This document shows, one piece after another, positions 1 through 16,845 of a DNA stretch of 64,000 nt. Under the pieces are notes generated by a model that was not told where the DNA came from, made no database searches, and worked only from the letters and a program-made list of their open reading frames with translations. Each line of letters begins with the position of its first letter. The first letter of the stretch is position 1. This DNA is from the human T2T-CHM13v2.0 reference genome, Homo sapiens. The position numbers and the translations under genes are program-made. The DNA is taken from NCBI RefSeq assembly GCF_009914755.1, contig NC_060930.1; one strand, written 5' to 3'.

Positions 1-32
1 CTTTCTATTCTGCCATCTTGCTCTACCTCCTG

Positions 33-750
33 ATTCCATATCTTGACTATTGTGAATAGTGTTGCAATAAACACAGGAGTGCAGATATCTCTTCTCTATA
101 CTGATTCCCTTTCTTTCTTTGAGGTATAACCAGTAGAGGGATTGCTGGATCATAGGTAGTTTCATTTTGAGGTTTTTGAGAAACCTCCATACTGTTTTGG
201 CATAGTGGCTGTACTAATTTACATTCCCACTAATAATGGGATATGAGTGTTCTTCTTTCTCTTTATCTTTGCCAGCGTTTGTTATATTTTATCTTTTTGA
301 TAAAAGCCATTCTAACTGGAGTGAAATATTATCTCATCATGGTTTTGATTTTCATTTCCCTGATGATTAGTGATGTTGAGCATTTTTTATATACCTGTTG
401 GCCATTTGTAGGTCTTCTTTTAAGAAATGGCTATTCAGATATTTTGCCCATTATTTAATTGGGTCATTTGATTTTGCTGTAGAGTTATGTTCCTTACATA
501 TTCTGTTTATTAATCCATTGTCAATTGGATAGTTGGCAAATATTTTCTCTCATATCTCTTCACTTTGTTGATTGTTTCCTTTGCTGTGCAGAGGATGTGA
601 TGCCATTTCTGCTTTTGTTGTCTGTGCTTTTCAAATCTTACCAATAAAATATTTGCTCAAACCAATATCCTGAAGCATTCCCCAATGTTTTCTTCTAGTA
701 TTTTCATAGTTTTGGGTCTTTGATTTAAGTCTTTAATCTATTTTGATTGC
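33..750 (-). mobile_element. LINE-1 3' fragment (old L1MA/L1PB-like), antisense
   Basis: Typical antisense L1 ORF2-end/3'UTR text (ttccatatcttgactattgtgaatagtg...gggattgctggatcat...atttccctgatgattagtgatgttgagcatttttt); ORF 243-458 is the usual antisense L1 peptide. Confidence 0.85.
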
Positions 751-759
751 TGTAGTTGT

Positions 760-1450
760 TAAAGATTTTTCAGCTAATCTATAGCATTCCATAGTTTAAA
801 TTACATAAGTGAGATGTTCATTTATTTTTATTTATTCTGTTTTAGGTTCACCACTTTATAGATTGCTTTTTTCATCACATCATCAAATTTCTCAATTTTT
901 TTTCAAATATTGCCTCTACCTCATTCATATTCCTCTATTTCTAGAACTCCAACTTTTAAAATTAGATTAGAATTTTTTACTCTGTTCTACCTAACTCTTT
1001 TCTGTCATATTTCCTCTTTTTCTGATTGTGTTACTTTCTGAATAAATTCTTCAGATCCATCATCTAGTTCACTAATCTTCTCATGACATATTTAATCATC
1101 CATCATACCTAACCATTATTTATATTTCAATATTTTTTCCTTTCTGAAATTTTTACTTTGTTCTTTTTAAAGTCTGCTTGTTGCTTGTTAATTTTATAGC
1201 ACCTTGGTGTATTTTAATCCTCTCTTTTGAAGCCTATATATGTTAAAAATGCTAAGTGTTGCCATTTTATAGTGTGACTGATAAATCTAATATCTAAATG
1301 TTTTGCTAGTTTGAATTATTTATTTGTTTACTCTGCTGGTGCTCATTCATATTGCTGTGTTTCCTTGGGTGCTTGTGATTTTGGCAATTAACTTCCATTT
1401 ACTAGAACTTTCTCTGCAAGTATTCCTTGAGGCCTGGCTTGCTATTGGGT
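760..1450 (-). mobile_element. Degraded old L1 (L1M-type) fragment
   Basis: T-rich stretch with L1M-like motifs (tcttcagatccatcatctagttcactaatcttctc); boundaries approximate. Confidence 0.45.
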
Positions 1451-1710
1451 GGCTTGTTTTCATTTCCTTCTTTTAAGTTCCTGAGGATGCTACCAACCTG
1501 GTACACTTCTAAACTAAAACAGTATTAATAGCCTCTTTGAACTACCCAGATGATATGAATTCAATCTGCAATGCTTATGTACTGACCTATTAAATTATTA
1601 AGAAAACTTTAGTTCCCATAAATCTAATGCTAAGTTTTAATACAACTAGTTATTTTGTAATCTGTTTTCTATTAGCCCTCTTTATTCAGCTCCTTGGAGT
1701 TCTATGCCAG

Positions 1711-1752
1711 GAGAAACACCTATGAGACCCGAGAGAATCACCTATGAGACCC
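1711..1752. repeat. Short tandem duplication, period 22
   Basis: gagaaacacctatgagaccc (1711-1730) / gagaatcacctatgagaccc (1733-1752). Confidence 0.85.
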
Positions 1753-3214
1753 TACCTTGAGTAATTTTGTCTCTCGTTACTATCTGCCACTGCCCTACGA
1801 AAATTAAGGTTTAAGTTCATCTGAATGTTGGCAATTATGTTCAGGGGGATAGTTCCACTTGCCTGTCAGAATTATTTCATATTCGTTTTTGACCTCTGAG
1901 GGAGGCTGAATCAGAGTGCATCTTCTTCCACAATCCCAGAAACAGTCCTTATTATGTCAATTAGCGTGTGTATATGCACTTGCAAAAACACATATATATA
2001 CACATGTATGTGTTTGGGTTGTTTCAGTTTTTGTTGCATCGGAATCCATGAGAGTCCTTCAAAAAAATCATCTACATAGCCTGTGAACCCTATCAGCAAT
2101 ACCATATAATGATTTCTGCTTGTCCTGGAAAGGAGATTAAATAAAATTCAGATTCTTGTAACCCTTCCCCAAAGATAGAGACTACGTAATGTCATCAAAT
2201 TCCCTGTTAAATCTTTTTATTTGTTTGAGGCTTGTGTAGTTGATTGCTTGCTTATTTGTTGCTTGCAACAAATCATACTCTGACATTGCCCAAAAGTAAT
2301 TGCCCCAGAAATAAAAGGTGTAATTTTTAAATCTGTGTATTAATTTTTATATAAATGCTAACTTTGTGGTCACAATTCCAACAGACTGATGACATTGAAT
2401 ATGATTCTGTCCTTACACCTCGAAATCACAACTCTTTGAAGGGGACAAGCATAAGGAATATTTCTATGTGTAGGGGACATTGGTCATGTTTTCCGACTTG
2501 TCAGTTGCTTTTGAGTGTTCTTGCTTTGTTTGAGTAATTCCAGGCTCTAACAGTGCCAGAGCACCAAGATAAAGGCAGGAAAAATAGAATGGTCCCACTT
2601 AAGACTTTGAATTGGAAATGAGTAACTTAGGAGGTAGCAAAAACTCAGCTTCCATTTGGTTGGCTTTATGGAGCAGTATTGGTTTTAAGACCAACTACTA
2701 GCTAAAGGAGATATCATGCTGTTGGAAATTGCAGTACAATAAAGAAAAGTTCCAGCAAATAGGATGTTCACTGTGGCATCAATATTATCAGACCACTTTT
2801 GCATGGTTTGGTACATTGTTCCTAAATGCTTAGCTTTGGGCCTGGTTCTCTAACCCTTGCCTCAATAATGTGTGCAACTCAATACTCTCCAAATAAACTC
2901 CTTTTAATTTAATTAATCAGAGCCAGCTACTGTTGTTCTCATCTGAGAACCAAAACCAAAACGAAAGTCAATGCCAGGAGCACTACAAGGAAAAAAGGGC
3001 CCAGTCATTTACAGCCTGGGAAGCCAGTGACTCTTGATAGACACTATAGGCAGGTAGTTGCATGCTAGATCTGGGGTATAGACAATGTGCCAGCTGAGGT
3101 TGGAATGTTAGAGCAAATGCTACCAAATTTTCAGAATATTTGTGTGTAGTAGACTTAACTTTCTGTTTTCAGGAAATTGCTACAAGAAAGAGATGAAAAC
3201 CTTAATGATTAGCA

Positions 3215-3520
3215 ACTGTTCTATTTCTAAGAAAGATATGTTAAGTCTTCCACTGTAATTGTTAATTTGTCAAATCCTTCTTGTAGTCCAGTGTTTGCTT
3301 TATATATTTTGAACCCATATTATTTCATCCATACAAATTTAGAATTGCTGTATTATCCTGGTGAGTTGAAACTTCTATCATTATGAAATGCCTCTTTAAT
3401 CTCTAGTAATGCTTTCAGCCTTAAAATCTATGTTGTCTGATACTGGCATGACCATGTCTTTTTCTATCCTTTTACATTCAACCTTCTGTATCTGTGAATT
3501 TAAGGTATGTCACTTGGGTA
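3215..3520 (-). mobile_element. Old L1 (L1ME-like) fragment
   Basis: gttaagtcttccactgtaattg...ctttatatattttgaa...ttaaaatctatgttgtctgata resembles antisense L1 ORF2. Confidence 0.55.
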
Positions 3521-3534
3521 ATCAAGGAGGTGGC

Positions 3535-4318
<784 letters not shown>

Positions 4319-4544
4319 AATTGTAATGTTAGGATTCAGAATCTCCAGGAAAGGGGTATCTGTACACCTAGAAATACCAGGTTCAGTTAGGGAAGTGACT
4401 CTGTTCTTCTCTCCTGTGTTTGAAGCCAGAATGATCAGTGTTTATGGGCCTTTGCAGATATATCTTCTTCTCTTATATGTGGCTGTTAATAAAATTTCTA
4501 AATAGACAACCCTCTATTCCTAAAAGCATTTTCTAATTTGGAGA

Positions 4545-4760
4545 GATATATGGTTTTGTGGTTAAGATCACAGTTTCTGGAGTCAGCGATTTTTCATATC
4601 CTGTTCATATCCCCACTTTTTGGTTACTGCTTGTGTGATACTGAGCAATCTCTTAATGTTTCTGAGCTTATCTCCACATCTTAAAAATGGGGAGAGTAGT
4701 AATGCCCATGTCATATAGTTGTGGCAGGATTAAATGCAGTTCTTCAGAAAAGCATGTAGG
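4545..4760 (+). mobile_element. MIR SINE
   Basis: gtggttaagatcacagtttctggagtcag...tctcttaatgtttctgagc...aaaatggggagagtagtaatg...ggattaaatg. Confidence 0.75.
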
Positions 4761-5865
4761 AGAGTGTATATTGACTTTTTTTTTCCATCAAGAGTTAAAA
4801 TTTAAAACTTGGAACTATTTTAGAATTTCTGCATTGGTTGAAAGAAATTTAAACTCCATTCAAACTCTAAAATTCAACAGCTCTGTTAAATATATGAGGG
4901 TTGTGTGATGGAGAAAATCAGAACAAAAAGTTTAAAAAAAAATAGAATGGGAGAGGGAGGCTGAGTTTATTCAGATTCATGTACATGTATGTTTCTGTAT
5001 ATTTACTTTAATATAACTTAGCTTCGGAACTACTAAAAACATGATAACTCATAGTCTGAGTGATGTTGGATTTGCCAGTTATGTTCCTTTACAAGAAGAT
5101 ATCTTAAAATAAATAAACATTCCAATATGTTGTGACTCTTAATTTTTTCTCCTAATACTTTTCTTGTTTTCTCCATAACAAAGCTGGAAGCCATCCATAA
5201 GTGTTATTTAACATTTACAGAGCAATTAATAAGTGCAAGGCACTGGCATCTATTATACCATAACACATTATTGTCTCTCATTTTGAAAATGAGAAAACTG
5301 GGGAACTGAGAGACTAAACACTGCATCCAGATTTACTTGTATGTTAAATAGGGTTATTGGGATTTAGGTTAATCCGTGTAAAATCTCTGATTTTGTCAGT
5401 ATAATTCAAAACAGAAAACAATTTTGCACAAGTTTAATCATTTTTTAAGACAAAAAATTAGAACATCGTTCCAGGAGTATTAAGGAAATAGGAGTACTTT
5501 CATAATTCAAACTTGAAGAGTAGCGTTATTTTTCTTAAAGGAATGACTTTCTTTTCCAGAACAAAGAAACTTAAGGACCCCAGTAGATCAGTGAAGATGG
5601 AAATAAATGCAATGTTTTGAGGATTTATGTACCCATGAGCTTACAACCAAATTGAATATGAATATGTATATACATAAAAAATAAATACTACCTATGGAAA
5701 ACCTATTTTTGATTTAGCAGATTAAAAACAAGCTTTTCCAAAAAAGAGGTAAATTTATTCAATAAGAAAATTCATTAAGCCACTTCTGGCCTTTTATTAT
5801 CTTCAAATTCTAACAGATTTCCTTCTAACCAGAGACCATTGTTATACAAGAAAATTGTTAGCTGC

Positions 5866-5972
5866 TATAGTACATTCATATATTACTATATGATATAGTA
5901 CATTCGTATATTACTATACGATATAGTACATTCGTATATTACTATACGATATAGTACATTCGTATATTACTA
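5866..5972. repeat. Minisatellite, 28-bp unit x ~3.8 (tatagtacattcgtatattactatacga)
   Basis: Units start at 5866, 5894, 5922 and 5950; units 2-4 are identical over their length. Confidence 0.95.
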
Positions 5973-6720
5973 ACTGAAGTAAAAAAATGTCAGTTTGATA
6001 CAGCTCTTCTAAGGTTATGAATGTGTATTTTTATTACATTTCTCAAATATGATGCAGCAAACCACAATGGAAACACTTGCATTAAAATGACACTCAGACC
6101 AAATGTTCATGCTTGAATCTCTCATAAAATGCCTCTAATGAAGTGGTGAATAGGCATCTATGAACTCTAGTTATTTTAATTTGCTAATTGATATTTTATT
6201 ACCACCTTAATCTAAAGAGCCCTTGTATAAATTTATATGGAATTAGATAAAATTATAATAAACCTATAGTGTCATTTGAGGCATCTATATTCCAATGCAA
6301 TCAAGAAAAAAAGTCTCAGAAGAGCCCTCAAAACCGTGAACCAATTAGCCATTTATTTGTTCTCTGGATTTTTTGCTGCCTCTTTCATTTCTATCCTATA
6401 GTAGAAGCAGGAAGTTATGTTCATTTTTAGGTATACAAAAATACTGTTATTATTTTAACCTTCTAGAATATTGCAAAGTCTGACATGCTTACTTACCTGT
6501 TGACTTTCCCTGGTTTTGTATACATTGAAAGATTTTACTTTAAGTGGAAAAATGTTTTCCATATGAACATCTAGCATCATTTCCCCAGGTGTATTATAAA
6601 AACTAAAATTCTAAATATAGAAATAAATGGTACGTAGACCAACAAATATCACCAAATGGCAGCAAGCAACACTTCCCACCTCAATACCTTCAAAGGCTGA
6701 CCTAAAAAGTTTGTTTAAAG

Positions 6721-6957
6721 CAGGGTTTCTCAACTTTGGCAATATTGACGTTTTGGGCAGGATAATTCCTTTTTTGTGGGGAGCTATCCTGTAAGTTGTA
6801 GAATGTTTAGCAGCATCCCCGGCCTCTACAACCTGGATGCCAGTAGCAACAGTTTCCCACACCCTCCCCCATACTATGTACTAAGCCAACCAGAAACACC
6901 ACCGGACATTGCAAATATCATCTGCGGGGCAAAATTACCGCTGTTGTAAAGAAGTAG
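6721..6957. mobile_element. MER20 (hAT-Charlie non-autonomous DNA transposon)
   Basis: cagggtttctcaactttggcaatattgacgttttgggcaggataattc...gaatgtttagcagcatccccggcctcta...gatgccagtagc. Confidence 0.85.
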
Positions 6958-7859
6958 CTCCAGATGAATAAATGTTTATAAAACATATTAGTTGGTTTGG
7001 GGTTGTCAAGTTTTAGGTAATCTTTCTATCATTCCATGTTATGTATTTAAGTCTGCTCTAAAAATATTTTAAATCTTTCGAAAAAATACAGTAAACTATG
7101 GCATGAATTAGGTAGGGATAATGTTTGTTCTACAGTTTTAACATAGGTGGTAGGAACTCAGCAGTTGTAGGTTGGATTGAGGAATGGATAAATTAAAACA
7201 ATTCTCATTAAGGGAATGAGATAGGGGTTTGGTCTAAACTCAAGCATGATTAGTCATGACCCAGCTAGCCACTGCAGAACTGAACACTGACAGCCCAGGC
7301 AAGGGGTCCAGGCAAGGGCTGGGGAGAATGGCCTCAACATCAGGTGTGGGCAGGAAATAGTCTGCTAGGCAGAAGAGTGTATTCTTTTTTGTAGAATTAT
7401 GCACTAGCAGGTTATTCAATGTGTATAACACAGAAATGCTGGAGCCAAGATGACATCCAGAGGTTCAGTAGGTAGGCAGGCAGGCAATTGACATTGTGGA
7501 AGTAGGTAAACCTGTAACAGGACCCTAGTCACCATTTTAAGATATGGGTCAAGACTTCAATTCCTGAGAGATGACTGAAACAAAAATGAGTATATCCCAT
7601 GATAGTGTACTGTTAGGCGGCAGAGATAAAGCCTTAAGCATAGAGATGACTTTAGTATATTTTCCAGAATTGAGGTTCTGGCTGTACTCATAGTCTTCCC
7701 TTGTACTGCATGAGTAGATTCATGGCAGTTTGTATGCTTTAGTGGGCAATATTTTAAAGCTTAGATTGCAATTATATTAATACATATATATGTGTTTATA
7801 TATGCACTCACTAAACTACACATACATGCATGCTCTTGGCTTTAAAATATTCAAACTCT

Positions 7860-8162
7860 GCCAGGTGCCATGGCTCACACCTGTAATCCCAGAATTTTGG
7901 GAGGCCAAGGGAGGAGGAGTTCAAGACAAGCCTGGGCAACATAGTGAGATGCCGATTCTACAAAAAATGAAGGAAAAAAAAAAGCTAGATGTGGTGGCTT
8001 GAAACTGTAGTCCCAGCTACTCAGGAGGCTGAGGTGGGAAGATTGCTTGAGACCAGGAGTTCAAGGCTGCAGTGAGCTATGATCACAGCACTGCACTCCA
8101 AATTGTGCAACAGAGTGAGACCCTGAGACCCTGTCTCTAAAATAAAAAATAAAAAATAAAAA
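7860..8162 (+). mobile_element. AluJ with a short deletion in the left arm
   Basis: AluJ-type gcctgggcaacatagtgaga and ggagttcaaggctgcagtgagctatgatc; degenerate TSD aaaatattcaaactctg / aaagtatccaaactctg. Confidence 0.9.
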
Positions 8163-8519
8163 GTATCCAAACTCTGGAAGATTAATTTGGAATAGAAACA
8201 CCATTATTCTGAGTAAATGTGATCCCATAATATAACCATATGAAAAATGTAATGAGAGTTCAAGGCTGTTTTCTAACAGAAAGACCTATAACAAAGATCC
8301 AAAATCTCAGTTCAAGGGCTTTATAGTGACCACAAACCTTGCTGTCCTAGTACCTCCCTGATAGAAGTGTCATCAAGGTACTCCCAACCAAATCATGAGA
8401 AATAATGCAGATTACCAGGGAGGTCGAGGAAGTTCTAGCTATTCCAAATTTTCCCATATATCCCATATAAGTCATCCTGAAGATATCCTCAAGAGAATCT
8501 TTGTAAAATTCATTCCTTT

Positions 8520-8808
8520 GGCTGGGCGTGGTGGTTCATGCCTGTAATCCCAGCACTTTGGGAGGCTGAGGTAGGCAGATCACGAGGTCAGGAGTTTGAG
8601 ACCAGCCCGGCTGATATAGTGAAACGCTGTCTCTAAAATACAAAAATTAGCCGGGTTTGGTGGTGCGTGCCTGTAGTCCCAGCTACTCAGGAGGCTGAGG
8701 CAGGAGAATCGCTTGAAACGTGGAGGTTGCAGTGAGCCAAGATTGCACCACTGCACTCCAGCCTGGGCAACAGAATGAGACTCCATCTCAAAAAATTTAA
8801 AAAAACAA
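8520..8808 (+). mobile_element. AluS (Sg-like)
   Basis: ggctgggcgtggtggttcatgcctgtaatcccagc...gatcacgaggtcaggagtttgag...A-rich tail. Confidence 0.9.
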
Positions 8809-9805
8809 CTAATTCCTTTAAGAATTACAGCCCAAGGGCCCATAATCTGGGATTGATTAGCTAGGTTTTTAAAAATTATTTCCAAGAGTCTGTGAGCCTC
8901 AAAAGTTGTAACTGTATGCAAAATTATACGTTTTTTAAAACTTTTTTGAAGGCTTTCATCAAATTCTCAGACCTCTGCCATTCAGAAAAACTTTAGAATC
9001 ATAAATTCACAGATATTCTAGAATAATGAATTCAACAGCTCTCACCAGACATCTGAAATATCACAGATATTTTAGAATGAAAGGATTAAATATCCATTAC
9101 CATTTGAATATTGCTGTTAAAAGTAGAATGATATGCAAAACTCTATACATTAAGGTTTACTTTGTTTAGTTGTATCTAGTAGCCCTTAATAAAATATACA
9201 TCTATGACTGCATAGCCTGGTACACTATGAGACATAGTTGCTTTCATCTGCTTTTAAACTTCACAAATAGTCACCTGAACGAGATCATCTGCAAAACTTA
9301 AAGTTTCTCTTCTGGGTTATCTCAAGCTTTATTCATATAATCCATTTTTTTTTACAAGTTTACATTACTTTTTTTTTTGTATCTGCTAAATTTCAGCTAA
9401 ATATTAACAATTATGGAAGCTAATGTTTCAGAGAATTAATCAGCTATTATTTCAAATTGCAGGCTAAATCACAAATGGAACCCAAGCTAAATCTTGTTAT
9501 ACATAAATATTAGTAGTAGTTAACATTTACTGAGTACTTATTATGTGTCAGCACTAAGATAAGACCTTTACATAAACTATTTTAGCTACCCCAAAAGTCC
9601 TGTGATAAGGATATTATTATCCTCACTTTAAACATGAAAGAAACAAAGACTTAGTGAGATTTGGTAATCAGCCAGGAATCAGGATCCCACAATTCATAAG
9701 TTTCTTTATGACTCCAAATCCTTAGCATATTTTAAAATATATTTAAATATGTATTAGTATTTATTGCTCCACTTTCGATTTTTCGATTTTTGTCATCAAA
9801 ACTAA

Positions 9806-10141
<336 letters not shown>

Positions 10142-10668
10142 TTCTTTCTCATTTTTAATCTTCCTATTCACAACAGAATATATCTTCTTCCTTAAAACAA
10201 TTTCAACTTTGTGTCTCTCTCTTTAAAAAAAAAAAAAAAACAAAAAAACTTCAGTCTTAGATACAAAATAACATGCAAAAAGGAAACCAGAAACTTGAAA
10301 ACATGCCAGGTAATACTCCCTTTATGTCACAGTCCCTGTATTATGTATCAACAAAATTTTACACCAGAGTGGTAAAATTCAACTTGATTGCAATCTCACA
10401 TTCCCTTTCTTTTTTAGGACATTTGCCTCTTGCTCCAATTAACTCTTTTTACTTTCATGATTCCTATACAAGGCCCACACTTTGTACTGTTTAAATCCTA
10501 ATGCTTTTTATAATCTAGAGAATCCAGTCACTGCTGCAGACCCAGGATAGCCAAAAACTCAGGCCCACCACCTCTGGCTACCACTGGCCTCCTCCTTTTG
10601 TCTTAGTGGACCATGAGCCTTGTCATTTTGTAACTGAGCCATGACTCAAAAAGAGGCAGGAAGTATTC

Positions 10669-10963
10669 TTTTTTTTTTTTTTTTTTTTTTTTCTGAGACG
10701 GAGTCTCGCTCTGTCTCCTGGGCTGGACTGCAGTGGCAGGATCTTGGCTCACTGCAAGCTCCGCCTCCCAGGTTCATGCCATTCTCCTTCCTCAGCTAGG
10801 ACTACAGGCGCCCGCCACTGAGCCCGGCTAATTTTTTGTGTTTTTAGTAGAGATGGGGTTTCACCGTGTTAGCCAGGATGGTCTCGATCTCCTGACCTGG
10901 TCATCTGCCCGCCTTGGCCTCCCAAAGTGCTGGGATTACAGGCATGAGCCACCGCGCCTGGCC
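10669..10963 (-). mobile_element. AluY with a ~11-bp internal deletion
   Basis: Poly-T; AluY diagnostics; cctcagc^taggactacagg lacks the usual ctcccgagtag; TSD aagtattct. Confidence 0.92.
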
Positions 10964-11639
10964 TGAAAGTATTCTAAATACTCCAACAAACAGGACCATT
11001 CTGTAGTTCAGTTGTTTTTCAAAAACAACTTTAATAGCGTTTCTGTTAATATAATTTTATGCAGAAAGCTAATATGTATATATAAGAAAAAAGCAAATAT
11101 CTTATTGAAACTCCAGAAACTTGATGACCCCACTCTTGCCAATCCCTGACCTGTCTGAGGGACTCTTGGTATCTCCTGTAGCTTTCAGTAGCACTGTTGA
11201 AAACTGTGTTGAATACTTAGCAGGTATTGACTTTCTTTTTCTGATCTGGTCAGTTCCTCAGCCTTGATTACAAATAAAATCAAACAAAAATGTAGTTTAT
11301 CTAGCATGCATTTTCCTTCTTGGTAAAACTAAACACGAAAAATGCATACTTATTAAATAGAATTTTTTGAAATGTTAGAAATAAAATATAATGGCTTTTA
11401 TTAAAATGTTATTAAAGTACTCAATAAAATCAATAAAAGATGTCCAAGTTGTTGCAGGCCGCACAATTGACAGTGAAATAGTGTCTGTCAAAATTGCAGC
11501 TTAGTTGTCGAAACACCTGTGCAGGCTCAGCCTCGGGACCTGTGAGAGTGGCTGTAACAGCCACTCAAGTCTCAAGTGAATCAACATTATTTTGTATAGT
11601 GCCTTCTTCAAACCTAAATCTTCTGCTTGCTTCTCCCAC

Positions 11640-13172
<1,533 letters not shown>

Positions 13173-13799
13173 AGAGAGTAATAAGTTTTGAGAACTTCGT
13201 AAAAGAAGCTTTCTTAATTTCCTTTTAAAAAACAATGGTAAAATGTCAGTACCACTAGGGGGCACAGACTAGTAACAGAATTTTCCGGTACACTAGCTTA
13301 AAAGAGATGTTTGCCTTCTGTGGCAACCTCTTCACATAGTTTCTAAATATATGGATCTTAAAAAGTTCAACTAACTCTATTATTCCCAGAGAGATATGTT
13401 TAAATAGTTGGCTAACAGATAGAGAGCAGTGCTGACATATTAACATGTCAGAAAAAATGAAATCAGGTATGGCCAAATACGATTAACAGGGTTTTATAAA
13501 TAAAGCTGAGAATAGCATTAAGAAAAAGATCAAAATGTAAATACAATTTCAAGAAATTGATACTATGAGACTTGGGACTATTTTTAAAATTTCAGCACAG
13601 AAGAGTGTCTATGCAGGGAAACTCCTACTTCCACAGGAAAAGTGAAGAGAAATATTGAAGCTATTTCTGTGTTTAGAATAAAACCTCAAATCCTCCTCCA
13701 AGATAACCAATAGAAACTTTCCAGTACTTTTCATTTGTAACAAAACCCATTAAGATTATTAATACAAAATAATAGGCTAAGTATTTTTTATTCAAAAGC

Positions 13800-14345
<546 letters not shown>

Positions 14346-15468
14346 TTTTGCTTCAACAATTGTGATCAGCACAATATTTCAGTAATTCCTAGAAACAGTA
14401 ATTTTGTTAGCTGCTGGAATAAAAATGGTGAGAACTTGTTGAGCTCTTTCCGCACTATTTCTCTACCAGCCTCTCCTTACAGCCACACTCATTCACACCC
14501 ACCTCCTTTCTGCATCCCTGGGGCAGAGGTTGTTCTGAAGAACACTGTCCCATTTGCCATGTGAGGTAGGCCTGGGACTCCTACTGTGTTATGACTCTCA
14601 TGCAGTCTGGTGAGGCTCATATGATCTCTGACGTTGTCCTGGGTTCTCTGATTAATTTCTGCTTGTTGAAGAAAGAGCGTGAGAAGTTTGTATCATAACT
14701 CTTAGAGATAAGAATTGTTGATGACTGATCAAAACAAATGGTATATTATGCTGATACATTTAAAATAATAGCAGGAGATAAATATGTTTACTGAACCAAT
14801 GGTTATGATATCTATGAAATGCAATATAGCTGTTATGCTTATTGGTTTGGTTATGGCCTGATTGGAAGGAAATAAAAGCTAAGGAGAAGGGTGGTAGCTT
14901 AAAGGGACTCCTATTCAGGAGTCTGGAGACTTCAGTTCTACCCCTAAGCTTACAAGGCAAATTGCTGAGCCCTGTGCACATCATTAAACAGCAGCCAATC
15001 ATGAATTTCCATTTCTCCATTAGTGCATTTTCTTTTTGTTGATTATTTTCTACTTTTTAAGTTTTATATTTGCCCCTTCATTATTTTCCCAAGCAGACTC
15101 ATGTCACATGCATTTCCTTTTTATTATAGGGTTTAAGAATTCTATTTATCATTCCCTGTCTGATTAGCCCAGGAATTTCACAATGGATCAATATGCACCC
15201 ATATCACTAAAGAGTGGCTACTAAAGAGCGTATCTTGTAGTAGGAGATAGGCGCAAATGAGAAAATGGGTAGGCATGAAGAAGAAGGAAAGTGGGAGAGT
15301 GAGTCATTGATGCTTTGTGAAACTCGTCCAGATCCAGTTATTCTGCCCCTCTTATGAGCATTGAAAGTCTTTTTTTTGTGCATCTCTAGCTCATGTATAG
15401 AATTTCAAATATTATTATTTCAGAGTACCTTTCAGAAGAATAATACAATGGGATAGAAAACACACTGA

Positions 15469-15600
15469 GGCCAGGAGCAGTGGCTCACGCCTGTAATCCC
15501 AGCACTTTGAGAGGCTGAGGTGGAAGAATTGCTTGAGTTCAGGAGTTGGAGACCAGCCTGGGCAAAACAGCAAGACCCCATCTCCAAAAAAGAAAAAGAA
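15469..15600 (+). mobile_element. FLAM (free left Alu monomer)
   Basis: Single monomer ggccaggagcagtggctcacgcc...agaccccatctcc with A tail; TSD aaacacact. Confidence 0.85.
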
Positions 15601-16805
15601 ACACACTAAAATAAAATATCTCTAGAAACTATGTTCAGTTGAAACCATATCCATGTAGACTTCAGAAAATGTTTCCAAGGTCATAAATTTCAGGCAAGCA
15701 TCTTAAGAGAATGAATGAGTAAAAGCAAACACATCTCAAAAGATGGGGAGGGCCAATCAACTCACATACTTTACACTAGCAGTTAACATTTGCCTTTACC
15801 TCTTCATAATGCTCTAATGTAATTATAATGCATAGAATATACACTGTTTTACTCACTGCTCAGTATGCCTATCCTCTTTTCTAAATTTGAATTTTAATAT
15901 TTCAGCAAAACGAACTAATAAAAGGCAGTTTCCTAGCAACGTCTGTATTCAAAGGAACAACAACAAAGCTTAATCGCAAACACCTTATTTTCTCCAAAGT
16001 TAATTCCCGTCTTTTGAGGGAAGTTAGCAGGTAGCAAATAAAGCAAGGTGCAAACAGAGGCTCTTGTAGGAGAGGTTGGCACAGACTCACTTGGCTTTTT
16101 CTTTCTGGGCATTGAAAGGTAGGAAGGTTAGAACTTCAGCTAAGCCAGTCTTTCCCAATGGTTGCAGTCAGAGATTGATACAAAACCCCAGAACTGTTTG
16201 CTATTTTATCCATTCTCTGCTGGAGATGCAGATTGATTGGTGGAAGGAACAGTGAACTAGGAAGCCAGGTTGTTGGATTCCTAGTAACTCTCACACTACC
16301 CGCGAAAACTTGAGCAGGCCCTCTTTTTCTGGGCTGTGTATCCAAATGGCGGTTACTCTAGAAGACATAAGTGAAAGGTCCTTCTCAGCAGCTCAAAACG
16401 GCTACCAGTAACCGGGTCTTTTTTATTTTTTAATTAAGCTTAAATGGCATTTGCTTAATCAATAATACAGTTTCACTAGAACTAATGCTGCATCCCCAGA
16501 AAAGCATCACTTAGAAATTAAACAGCTGGCTGTCTTCCAGGGAAACGTGTCCCTGTGTCCTGCCTTCCTGAGACTTCTTGCCTGCACGCGGGGCCCAGCC
16601 GCGCCAGAGAGATGGAAGTGACTTTACCTACCCAGCGAAAGTAGCAGTCTGCAACAAGGAAAACAGCTAAGTTAAGAGGAAGTGGTTTTCATTTTACTGC
16701 TTGCAGAAAGGCCAAGATTTTGACGTTTAAAGCGGGCACACGAGTCATTTTAAGTCTCTAGATCTTTCACCCTGAAAGTCCCTGCACAGAAACTCCATAG
16801 GGAGT

Positions 16806-16845
16806 CTAAATATAGCAACAGCACCCCCTCCCGCCCCCTCCGCCT
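16806..16845. promoter_or_regulatory. MEF2 consensus site with adjacent GC-box (Sp/KLF)
   Basis: CTAAATATAG (YTAWWWWTAR) at 16806-16815, followed by cccctcccgccccctccgcc; motif match only. Confidence 0.4.

Noticed and set aside
2500-3200. Possible ERVL/MaLR LTR plus internal fragment
   Set aside because: Only faint motifs (aataaactcc...gaaagtcaatgccaggag); family and boundaries cannot be supported by eye.
5866-5972. 28-bp repeats of CRISPR-like length
   Set aside because: Head-to-tail with no spacers, no cas genes, and a eukaryotic context; it is a minisatellite.
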